The position numbers were made by a program, and so were the translations under genes. DNA of 64,000 bases from Promethearchaeota archaeon (lineage in GTDB: Archaea > Asgardarchaeota > Heimdallarchaeia > Hodarchaeales > Hodarchaeaceae): the NCBI GenBank assembly GCA_048938105.1, contig JBHLMN010000003.1, positions 1 to 64,000 on the forward strand. Reading direction: 5' to 3'. The notes beneath the pieces were generated by a model. It saw only the letters and a list, made by a program, of their open reading frames with translations, did not search any database and was not told the DNA's origin. Position 1 is the stretch's first letter. Every line of letters starts with the position of its first letter. Of the stretch, positions 28,762 through 37,498 are shown piece after piece.

Positions 28762-30189
28762 TTAACCCATATCTCTAGTTTTTGCACCACAATAAATACA
28801 AAACTGTGTATTAGGTTCGATTTGCCGTCCACAAGAATTACAAGATATCGTGGTTTTAGCACCGCAATAAACACAAAATTTTGCATTAGGGGTAATTTCA
28901 CGCCCACATGAACTACAAAGATTATGAAATGCAGTTGCAGGAGTGGGAAAACCATAGGGATAACTAGGAATCTTTGTTTCTGGGAATGTGAGATCTGAAA
29001 CCCAGTCAGGTTCACTCAAGGGGCCAGATCTTGTAAAAATGAAAAATGCTAATATTATAAGTAAGAGAGTAAAATAGCCAACTTCAATAACATATTGAAT
29101 AAGCAGAATGTCTCTATTTGACTCTCCAAAAAGGCCAAATATGATGTTAAAGATAATTGATGTCCCACCCTCAATTCCTATAAAGCCTAAGGCAATCAAA
29201 CTTATTGGAAGAAGACGAGAGGAACGAATGTTCCCATCAGTAAGAATTCGTAACCATACAGGAGGATGAGAAGACTTTCTATTTCTTATCATTTGTATAA
29301 CAACGTACATTGTTGTTACTAAACCTACAATTACTGCTGTGAACATCCATATTCCATATAGAATGAGGAGGGAAAAGTCGTCGAAGTAATCTTGTCTGAC
29401 CAATCCAATCTGTGCTACAGCTACTACTCCATTATTCAAACCATGTAGGATAATAGGCCAGATAATTTTTCGTGATCGCATATAGATAAAACCTAACGCC
29501 ATTCCACCAGCAAAAGTACCGAAAAAATGTATGATAGTAAATCCAATAGACCCAAATAATATATCTTGAGGAGTGTGCATCAGAGAAAACAGTAGACTAG
29601 AAAACAGAAGAGCCCAGAAAGTTCCAAGACCTCTACGTTCCAAAAAAGGGATAAATGTCCTTCGAAAGACTAGTTCCTCACTTATGGAGGCTCCTACAAC
29701 ATACATACCAAAGAATAAGACATAAAAAACTGGAATCCCTAATAATTCTGGTGTTGGTTCGAAGGCCGCATAAGGGCTATCGAGAGAGAAACCAAACTCT
29801 TCAAGAACTGTAGCAAGGATTGCCACACTAAATGAGAACGCTGATAGCAACGAATAAACAAGGATAAGTGTAAGAAAATGAGACCCCGATGGCATATTTT
29901 TCTCCTCTGGTTCCACTTTCTTACTATTATAAAGTACGACAAATATTATTATGGAACCTATCTGCGCAATTACATTAATTGCTAAACTAGCAATTGTTTG
30001 GGTTGCTTTGGAATCAATTTCAAGGATTTCAAGAATTGTTGCAGAAACAAGAGTGAGAAGAGTTAAGTATCCTGTTAAATCAGAGAATGACATCATGAAT
30101 AAGATTATTGCAAAAGGATACAGTAAATCTTCTTTTTGTATCGAAGGTTCTTCCTTATTAATAGAAGGTTCATCAAACACTTTTTCCAA
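28762..30189 (-). CDS. CPBP (Abi/Rce1-like) intramembrane protease with C-terminal double zinc ribbon
   Basis: EELVFR, FSLMH, HGLNN; four CxxC pairs at the C-terminus. Confidence 0.9.
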   Translation of the reverse strand: MEKVFDEPSINKEEPSIQKEDLLYPFAIILFMMSFSDLTGYLTLLTLVSATILEILEIDSKATQTIASLAINVIAQIGSIIIFVVLYNSKKVEPEEKNMPSGSHFLTLILVYSLLSAFSFSVAILATVLEEFGFSLDSPYAAFEPTPELLGIPVFYVLFFGMYVVGASISEELVFRRTFIPFLERRGLGTFWALLFSSLLFSLMHTPQDILFGSIGFTIIHFFGTFAGGMALGFIYMRSRKIIWPIILHGLNNGVVAVAQIGLVRQDYFDDFSLLILYGIWMFTAVIVGLVTTMYVVIQMIRNRKSSHPPVWLRILTDGNIRSSRLLPISLIALGFIGIEGGTSIIFNIIFGLFGESNRDILLIQYVIEVGYFTLLLIILAFFIFTRSGPLSEPDWVSDLTFPETKIPSYPYGFPTPATAFHNLCSSCGREITPNAKFCVYCGAKTTISCNSCGRQIEPNTQFCIYCGAKTRDMG

Positions 30190-30217
30190 AGAGATACACC
30201 TATTATTGATTATAAGA

Positions 30218-31153
30218 TTAATTTATAAAGAAAACTCCAAAGAAAAACGCCGCCAACGCCCACCAGAGGGCCCAACGGGTATATTTCCGTGCTTTCTTAC
30301 CACCAGATGAAGGAGGTTCTGTAATGACCGTGATGGAAGTTATCCCCATAATGATTACAAGAGCTATTATAAAGAACCAAAATACTAAGTTATTATAAAC
30401 CAGAATCCCTACAAAAGTTGCACAAAATACAGTAGCAGCAAAGAATATCATCGCAACAAAAGCGGCCTTTTTAGGCCCAAATTTAACTGCCAAGGAATTT
30501 AGATTGGACATTAGATCCCCCTCATAGTCTTGGATGTCTTTAACGATTTCTCTCCCGGTAGCCAAGAAGAAAGTTGCAGCTAGTATTAATAAACAACTCA
30601 GAAGGAGAACTTCACCTTGGGGTTTTAATAGGAAGAAACCTATAAAGAGAGGAGCCACATAACCAATCGAAACCCACATATTCCCAAGGAAACCATAACT
30701 TTTAATAAAGTTATATCCAACTCCTATAACCACACAGATTAAAGTCGCAAGGATTAGAAATGCTGTAACATCAAACACGAATACTAAAATTATTGAAATA
30801 AGAACTGAAATAGAATACAAAACAACACATAAAATCCGTACATATTCAGGTGAAAAAGCCCCACGAGCTATTGGACGATCAAACCTCTGATTTGCTTTGT
30901 CCGTTTCAACATCATAAACATCATTTGTAGCTTCAATAGCAGAAGCAAGTAATAGGGTCGCAAGCATCCCTAAACTTAACCCTTGGATGTTTATAACTCC
31001 GTTTTCAAATAAAAACATAAGAAAATCTGGAGAACGATCGCCACTTAACACAAAGACGATAAAACCTGCTACCAATACCGCAATGGAACTTAAAACACCT
31101 AATGAAAATCGGAATAAGTCCATATAGTCCTTAATTCGTGTTTTTACTTGCAT
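30218..31153 (-). CDS. UbiA prenyltransferase, DGGGP synthase-like
   Basis: NDVYDVETD...RPI.RG and REIVKDIQDYEGD. Confidence 0.85.
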   Translation of the reverse strand: MQVKTRIKDYMDLFRFSLGVLSSIAVLVAGFIVFVLSGDRSPDFLMFLFENGVINIQGLSLGMLATLLLASAIEATNDVYDVETDKANQRFDRPIARGAFSPEYVRILCVVLYSISVLISIILVFVFDVTAFLILATLICVVIGVGYNFIKSYGFLGNMWVSIGYVAPLFIGFFLLKPQGEVLLLSCLLILAATFFLATGREIVKDIQDYEGDLMSNLNSLAVKFGPKKAAFVAMIFFAATVFCATFVGILVYNNLVFWFFIIALVIIMGITSITVITEPPSSGGKKARKYTRWALWWALAAFFFGVFFIN

Positions 31154-31259
31154 AATTAGTTCTTTCCGAGGAGGGGGGTGAATTTACCTTTTGATCTTGT
31201 AACAGTGAAAACTCTCTAATAATTAATTTTCTCTGGGTTTTTTTTTTAATTTAGTAGCA

Positions 31260-33572
31260 TTAATAACGCCTTTTTTCTTTTATTGACTGATCTAGATAGT
31301 TATTTACGTCATTTTTTTCGTTTTCGTCAAGGCCAAACCAATCAAATATTAAATCATCTATAAGTTTTTGTTCGTTTGAGAAACCTGCTTCAGGATTTGC
31401 TTTTAACAATTTAATTATTTCATTCACGTAATATATCATTTGATTCTTTAACTTCTCGAAAAAATCTCTATTCTCCTCAGTAGTAGGAAAACGAACAGGT
31501 AAGCGTTTAAAATCTTCTGGAGTGGCATGTCCGCTCATACCGCCTAGAGAAGTATTAATAATCTTCCCTAGGAAGTAACTAGCAAGTTTAGAATTCAAAT
31601 AACCTAGAATAAACTCGGTCTCTAATGTAGTTCCAAATAATAGATTACTATTCCCAGCTACTATAGAATATTCAACAAGAGTTGCTTTTATTACTCCATG
31701 GTGTGCATTAGTTGTTATTCCCTTAATGAAATATAGATGAGGGTTTCTGAAGACAGCTCTTCTCCCTTTAGACTCTCGTGCACGTTTTTTGATTCTTTCT
31801 ACTGAATCAGTACCCCAATCGATAAACCAACCCTCAGTACCCCAATAAGGAAAGTATGAACCTCTCTCGAATGGAACTAAAAATTTGTTACCCTCAATTC
31901 CGTGAAAACGATAACGTTCTAATGTCTTTTCATCCACAGAGGATAGATCTACAATTTCGTCAGCACTTAAAACCTGGTATTTTTCAAGTTTAATGCTTTG
32001 CTGATGATTTAATTTTTTCCAGAGTATTGAATCCTTTATAATAACAAGGTGAGAATAGTTATCACCAGTTGAAATACCTTCTCCTCCACTAATATGGTGT
32101 CTTAATTCTTCATATTTCCAACCATTAGAAGTATTGGTTGGTTTCATTGAATTGGTAAATCTCATTATTTGTACAAAGTTAAGATTTACATTAACCCAGA
32201 ATGGATTTCCATTAATTTTCTCATATTCTCTTTGATTAATAAACTGAATAAAATTTTCTTGAGGATTGAAATAATCTGACTGATCTTTAAGGCGATCAAT
32301 TAATTTAATTCTATTACTTCTTCGATCACGGCAAGCTGCACAAGCACAATACCTTTTACTCTGTAGTTTGGATTTTATTGGCTCGTAATTATATCCTTTC
32401 TTACATAATTGCTTGGTTAAAGTAATAATACATGTTCGTGAGGTTGTCCGAGGCCTGAAAAGGTCAATTGGAGCAAGCAGAATTTCATCGATTTTACAGG
32501 TATCTAATATTAACCGTCTGAGAGTAGTATGCGACTTTAAGGATAAAAAAGTGTCAGTTCCAATGAAACAGATCTTCCCTCCATTCTCAACATTTTTTAT
32601 CGCGCTTGCTAAAAAAAATCCAAAAAGCTCATTTCCTTCCAATTTATAATCATAAACATACGCTTCCTTCCGATAAATCCTTCGATACAATTCTTTACGC
32701 TCTAAAGAGGGGGGAATGCCATATGGAGGATTTCCAATAATACGGTCAATTTTTTTAGGATATATGTATTGATTCCAATTCTTTAATTCAAGCGTATCAA
32801 AATTAAATATGTTTGATTTTCCTAACGACTGAGTCTCAAGGCTTAAAGAAAATATACGGACAGTTGAAAGAAGTACTGCATATGGATCGATATCATTACC
32901 CCAAACTTGAGAAATTGCTTTCTGATTGGCATTTGCTTCATTACAACCCACTTCTACGTTCTTCTTCTTAAGCTTAGTGATACATGGCTCTAAAAAATTC
33001 CCATTCCCGCAAGCTGGATCAAAAACTACTGAGTCTCTCTCAAGATCAAGCTTTGATATCATATATTCAACTGTGTTCTTAGGCGTATAAAATACTCCTA
33101 AGGAGTGCTGTTGATTACATAATTTCAAAAGTTCTTGGTAGATCGCTCCTATTTGATAGTAACTTAGTGTTTTAAAGCTATATTTCGCGAAATACTCAAT
33201 TAAGGCTTTTTTTGCTTTTTGTGAGGGATTTAAATGATCGAAATCTGTCCTAGGAAGGGTGAGCTGTAAATCAGATACTTTATTTCTACTACTAAGATAT
33301 TTAGCTAAAATTTTCTTGCTTAAATAGTTTAATGATGCTCGAAACATGATCTCCCTTTCTATTTTCTTCTCAGAAGTGTAAAGAATTTCTTGTTTAAGTT
33401 GAGAAAATATTTTGTTTAATGATTCATGAGTCCCCTTCTTGTATTCTTTCCCATCCAAATCTATTAGCTTGTTTTGGATTATCCGCCTGATTTGATTAGC
33501 AATAGACTCTTGGATGACTGAAGTGACTTGAGAAAGTTCTCGTATTAGATTTGTAAATAAAAGATCTCTCAT
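31260..33572 (-). CDS. N6-adenine DNA methyltransferase with TRD (Eco57I/PglX-like)
   Basis: GVFYTP, FDPACGNGNF, GNPPY; C-terminal FRN..YF..GIT and LGYLNS. Confidence 0.85.
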   Translation of the reverse strand: MRDLLFTNLIRELSQVTSVIQESIANQIRRIIQNKLIDLDGKEYKKGTHESLNKIFSQLKQEILYTSEKKIEREIMFRASLNYLSKKILAKYLSSRNKVSDLQLTLPRTDFDHLNPSQKAKKALIEYFAKYSFKTLSYYQIGAIYQELLKLCNQQHSLGVFYTPKNTVEYMISKLDLERDSVVFDPACGNGNFLEPCITKLKKKNVEVGCNEANANQKAISQVWGNDIDPYAVLLSTVRIFSLSLETQSLGKSNIFNFDTLELKNWNQYIYPKKIDRIIGNPPYGIPPSLERKELYRRIYRKEAYVYDYKLEGNELFGFFLASAIKNVENGGKICFIGTDTFLSLKSHTTLRRLILDTCKIDEILLAPIDLFRPRTTSRTCIITLTKQLCKKGYNYEPIKSKLQSKRYCACAACRDRRSNRIKLIDRLKDQSDYFNPQENFIQFINQREYEKINGNPFWVNVNLNFVQIMRFTNSMKPTNTSNGWKYEELRHHISGGEGISTGDNYSHLVIIKDSILWKKLNHQQSIKLEKYQVLSADEIVDLSSVDEKTLERYRFHGIEGNKFLVPFERGSYFPYWGTEGWFIDWGTDSVERIKKRARESKGRRAVFRNPHLYFIKGITTNAHHGVIKATLVEYSIVAGNSNLLFGTTLETEFILGYLNSKLASYFLGKIINTSLGGMSGHATPEDFKRLPVRFPTTEENRDFFEKLKNQMIYYVNEIIKLLKANPEAGFSNEQKLIDDLIFDWFGLDENEKNDVNNYLDQSIKEKRRY

Positions 33573-35113
33573 TATTGATCAATTGACAAAATTGCTTCTA
33601 ATACTCTCTTCCAGCGAGTGATTTTTTCAACTCTTTTTTTAGAATTTATGGAGGGATAAAAGTATTGGGGTTCCATTCGTGCATAAATCTCCTGTAACTG
33701 CTTTCTATCTTGCCAAAAGCCAACACTTAATCCAGCTAGATATGCTGCTCCAGTCGCAGTCATATCTGGTTCTGGTGCACGTATAACTTCCAAATTTGCA
33801 TAATCTGCAAGGCATTGTAACATAATATCTGATTTTGAAACTCCACCATCGGCTCTAAGTGACCGAATTGGTATCTTAGTATCCTTTTCTAAACCTTCAA
33901 GAATATCTACAAGTCGAAGCGCTATTCCCTCAAAAACAGCTCTTGCTACATGACTTCGATGGGTGTTTAATGATAATCCTAAAATTGTTCCTCGTGCATT
34001 AGGAGAAAAGTAAGGGAATCGTATCCCTGATAGTGTTGGTATAAAAATTACTCCACCAGTGTCCTTACATTTTGCTGCATACTCATTTAAAATCTTTGGT
34101 GTATCACTTAACCCAATTCCTTGTCCAAGCCAGTCTATTAATGTACCTGCGGTTGCTACAAATCCTTCAAGCATATATGTTCCCTTTCCATCAATTACCC
34201 ATGCTATGAGTGGAAATAAACCTCGTTTTGAGAGCTTTCCTGTTTCCCCTACGTTCATATCAACAAAACTCCCTGAACCCTGAGAGATTTTCACATCTCC
34301 CTTTTCAAAACAACATTGTCCAAAGAGTGCAGCCTGCTGATCACCACAAGCAGCCCGAATTGGAATTTCAACACCCTTAAATAAATTAGGATGAGTAGTT
34401 CCATAGTTACCGTTTGTGTCTTTTAATTCAGGAAGAATTTCAATAGGAATGTCAAATATACTAAATAGAACTGTATTCCATTTTAATTGGAATGGATTCA
34501 AGAGACCAGTTGCAGCGTTACTATAATCAGAAGCATGAACTTTTGAGTTTGTCAATTTGTAAATTAACCAAGTATCAATTGTTCCAAATGCAACTTCCCC
34601 TCTCCTACACCTTTCTCTCAATTTATCAGTATGGTCTAGAACCCATTTTAATCTTGTTGTGACATGATCTGTTGTAAAATCAAGCATTGAGGTTGCAGTA
34701 AGCATTGTACTTCTAGAAATTTTACTTGCAATCCATGCAAATTTCTTTAAAAGCCGCCATTTCTTATTTTTATTCATCTGATTACATGTGTCTGCTGCAC
34801 GAATATCAGCCCAATTTATAAAGTTAATAATAGGTTTACCAGTGTCTTTTTCCCAAAGGCTGAAACTCGCACGTTGATTTGCAATCCCAATTGCTGCAAT
34901 ATCCTTAGGAGACACTTGTGGTTTCTCAAAGATTCGATTGACAACAGTAATTAATGATTGCCAAAGCTCAATAGGATCATGTTCAATCCACCCTGCTTTT
35001 GGATAAAGCGCCGATGTAGTTTGATACTCATGGGCAATGATTTCTCCATCTTTATCGAATAAAACTGCTCGAATACCAGTTGATCCACTATCAATTGAGA
35101 GAATGTACTGCAT
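33572..35113 (-). CDS. glpK: FGGY glycerol kinase, GK5-type
   Basis: IDSGSTG, GWIEHDP, NQR, FGTIDTWL, GDQQAALFG, RADGG; carries an amphipathic insert before FTT. Confidence 0.85.
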   Translation of the reverse strand: MQYILSIDSGSTGIRAVLFDKDGEIIAHEYQTTSALYPKAGWIEHDPIELWQSLITVVNRIFEKPQVSPKDIAAIGIANQRASFSLWEKDTGKPIINFINWADIRAADTCNQMNKNKKWRLLKKFAWIASKISRSTMLTATSMLDFTTDHVTTRLKWVLDHTDKLRERCRRGEVAFGTIDTWLIYKLTNSKVHASDYSNAATGLLNPFQLKWNTVLFSIFDIPIEILPELKDTNGNYGTTHPNLFKGVEIPIRAACGDQQAALFGQCCFEKGDVKISQGSGSFVDMNVGETGKLSKRGLFPLIAWVIDGKGTYMLEGFVATAGTLIDWLGQGIGLSDTPKILNEYAAKCKDTGGVIFIPTLSGIRFPYFSPNARGTILGLSLNTHRSHVARAVFEGIALRLVDILEGLEKDTKIPIRSLRADGGVSKSDIMLQCLADYANLEVIRAPEPDMTATGAAYLAGLSVGFWQDRKQLQEIYARMEPQYFYPSINSKKRVEKITRWKRVLEAILSIDQ

Positions 35114-35395
35114 TTTGATCTCTTCAACTTTTACTTTTAGAAACTTTTAAACTTCATCCAACAAAGAAATTCCTCGTGCAACGATAAGATGTATCTTTGG
35201 TAAACAGATCAACGAAATGATCCCTCTTCTGTTTTGTTTCAAATTAATCACATTGTAAATATATCTTGATAGAATTATGCCACATAAGGAGGATTTTTTA
35301 AAGAGTAGGGATCTTAGCCAATTGAATATTTTTAGTTTGTTGACTGGAATTTTATTTCTCATAAATTAAGTCAAGTAAAAGTAAGTGGTTAAGTT

Positions 35396-36664
35396 ATGCC
35401 AGAACAACAAAAAGTGTTTATTGCTGGAGGAACCACCACACCCTTTGATTATCCATTAAATCTTCAAATCGAAGAGATGGTGGCGAATTGCATCCGGCAA
35501 TTATATACAGATGTTCCCGAATTTCATCTAAGAGATGTTAGGGAAAAAGGTATGGTAGTCTATTCGCATTTTTCAGTGCACTTCAGTCATCAATTGACTG
35601 CTTATTGGATCTTACACGATCATCTTGGCCTTGTCGGCGTTCCCCACTTCCGGATAGATAATGGTGGTAATACAGGTGGTTCTGCGCTTTACGCAGCTTA
35701 TGCTCTTGTACGTGCAGGACTTGCAGACATTGTGCCTGTGATCGGATATGAATTGATGGGATCTGTTTCACAAAGTAAAGGATCTGAATTCATTGCTATT
35801 GCTTCAGATACTAGATATGAGGCAATGCTAGGAGCCAATTATACCAATTATTATGCAGGATTAGCACGAGTTTTTATGGAAAAATACGGTTTGACAGAAG
35901 AGGATTTCGCTGAAATAGCTGCTAAAAATAAGAATAATGCCATAGCCACAGGTGAAAAAGCTCAACATTATCGGAAAGTCGGAAGTAAGTTGACTGTTGA
36001 AGACGTTATGAATTCACGCCTAATTTCCTATCCACTAAAAAAATGGGACTGTTGTTTTATGTCTGAGGGAGCTGCGACGGTTTTAGTGTGCAATGAACAG
36101 TTTGCTAAACAATATGCTCCTGACCATTATGTTGAGATTGTTGGAGCAGGTCTATCATCATGTACTATTCGTGCAGGTGATCGTTATGCATTTCCAGGAT
36201 GGACTGAACGATACGGGGAAGGTTACCCTGGATTAGGGGAATTCGCTGCATGCCGTCACTCCGCAGAAATTGCTTTCAAGATGGCTGGTATTGAATGGAA
36301 AGATTCTTACAAAAGTTTAGATGTCGCAGAAGTTCATGATGCTTTCTCTACTTCTGAATTTCAAATCTACAACGCTCTTGGCTGGTGTCAGTCTATTACA
36401 CCTAAACAATTCATTAAAGATAGAATACCAATGATGGAAGGAGAAATTCCTACAAACCCTGGCGGTGGGCTTATTGGTTATGGTCACCCAGTTGGAGCTA
36501 CTGGATTAATGTCTACTATCGAATGTTACTACCAACTCGCAGGTTTGATTCCAAGAGAGCACAGATCAACAGAGAATGAAGTAAAAGATGCTGAAGTTGG
36601 CTTAGTCAATTCTCATGCGGGAACAGGAACATCAATCAGCAATTTCATCTTGAAGAGAGTGTGA
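35396..36664 (+). CDS. SCP2-type thiolase-like protein lacking the nucleophilic Cys
   Basis: DNGGNTGG where ENACASG is expected; EVHDAF; NPGGG..GHPVGATG. Confidence 0.85.
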   Translation: MPEQQKVFIAGGTTTPFDYPLNLQIEEMVANCIRQLYTDVPEFHLRDVREKGMVVYSHFSVHFSHQLTAYWILHDHLGLVGVPHFRIDNGGNTGGSALYAAYALVRAGLADIVPVIGYELMGSVSQSKGSEFIAIASDTRYEAMLGANYTNYYAGLARVFMEKYGLTEEDFAEIAAKNKNNAIATGEKAQHYRKVGSKLTVEDVMNSRLISYPLKKWDCCFMSEGAATVLVCNEQFAKQYAPDHYVEIVGAGLSSCTIRAGDRYAFPGWTERYGEGYPGLGEFAACRHSAEIAFKMAGIEWKDSYKSLDVAEVHDAFSTSEFQIYNALGWCQSITPKQFIKDRIPMMEGEIPTNPGGGLIGYGHPVGATGLMSTIECYYQLAGLIPREHRSTENEVKDAEVGLVNSHAGTGTSISNFILKRV

Positions 36665-36675
36665 GGTGATTATAG

Positions 36676-37341
36676 ATGAAAAAGAATTTGCATCCAACCC
36701 CAAATAACAAAGATTTTACCTGGGAAAAATGGTCTAAGCTTAACGAGTTAATTCCTGAAAAAGGATGGGTTTTTCAGAAAGTCAGAACGGGAGTAGCAGA
36801 GGGTGCTGACTGGGTTGAACAACAGATCTATTATGATATGCTATACACCTTCCGATTAGGCGCTTTGAGTCCGTATGCTAAAGGATTACTCGAAGGTAAA
36901 TTGTTAGGGACCAGATGCCCTAAATGTGGAGATGTGACCTTTCCTCCACGAGTAAACTGCTGGAATCTTGATTGTAACCTTGAAATAACGGAATGGGTGG
37001 AAATGCCTCCTTCAGGGATTTTACACACTTTCACAATTTGTGGTTTTGCTGCCAAAAGTGCTCTAAAGAAGTTACCTTTCGTTCTTGCATATGTTCTTGT
37101 TGGGAAAAGTAAGACTGCAATTACTAACATATTAAAAATTGCAGAACCTTGGCACGTTGAAACAGATATGCCAGTCGTAGTTAAGTTTACTGAGAAGAAG
37201 CGAGTTGGTAATCTTATTGACTTTTGGTTTGAACCTGATCCAAGTTGGAATCCTTCTCCAATGAACCCCGAGAAAGAGCGTATCAAAAAATTATGTGAGC
37301 CTGTTTACGAATGGATTAGAATACTAAAAAGGAGTATCTAA
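36676..37341 (+). CDS. DUF35 Zn-ribbon/OB-fold protein
   Basis: LLGTRCPKCG..FPPR..C, then an OB fold with PFVLAYV. Confidence 0.9.
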   Translation: MKKNLHPTPNNKDFTWEKWSKLNELIPEKGWVFQKVRTGVAEGADWVEQQIYYDMLYTFRLGALSPYAKGLLEGKLLGTRCPKCGDVTFPPRVNCWNLDCNLEITEWVEMPPSGILHTFTICGFAAKSALKKLPFVLAYVLVGKSKTAITNILKIAEPWHVETDMPVVVKFTEKKRVGNLIDFWFEPDPSWNPSPMNPEKERIKKLCEPVYEWIRILKRSI

Positions 37342-37344
37342 TAC

Positions 37345-37369
37345 CTTTCCCTTTTTTTTATTTTATTCT
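37345..37369 (+). terminator. Oligo-T terminator
   Basis: T-rich tract (T8 run) immediately after the DUF35 stop. Confidence 0.45.
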
Positions 37370-37498
37370 CTGAAATTCAGTAACCAACTATGAATCACAT
37401 CAAGACATATTGATCACAAAATTTTCAATAGCAAAAAAAGTAAATATTGAAAAAGATCATATCTTAAAAACTACTGAATAATATTAGTAATCCTGGAG

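Noticed and set aside
28762-31153. Eukaryote-like CAAX prenylation pathway
   Set aside because: UbiA enzymes are unrelated to protein prenyltransferases, and neither GTPase here has a CAAX or CC tail.
31260-33572. BREX or complete restriction-modification system
   Set aside because: No brxC, pglZ, brxL, hsdR or REase gene in the neighbourhood.
35147-35362. 71-aa ORF upstream of the glycerol kinase
   Set aside because: No RBS or motif; it occupies the divergent promoter region and is probably spurious.
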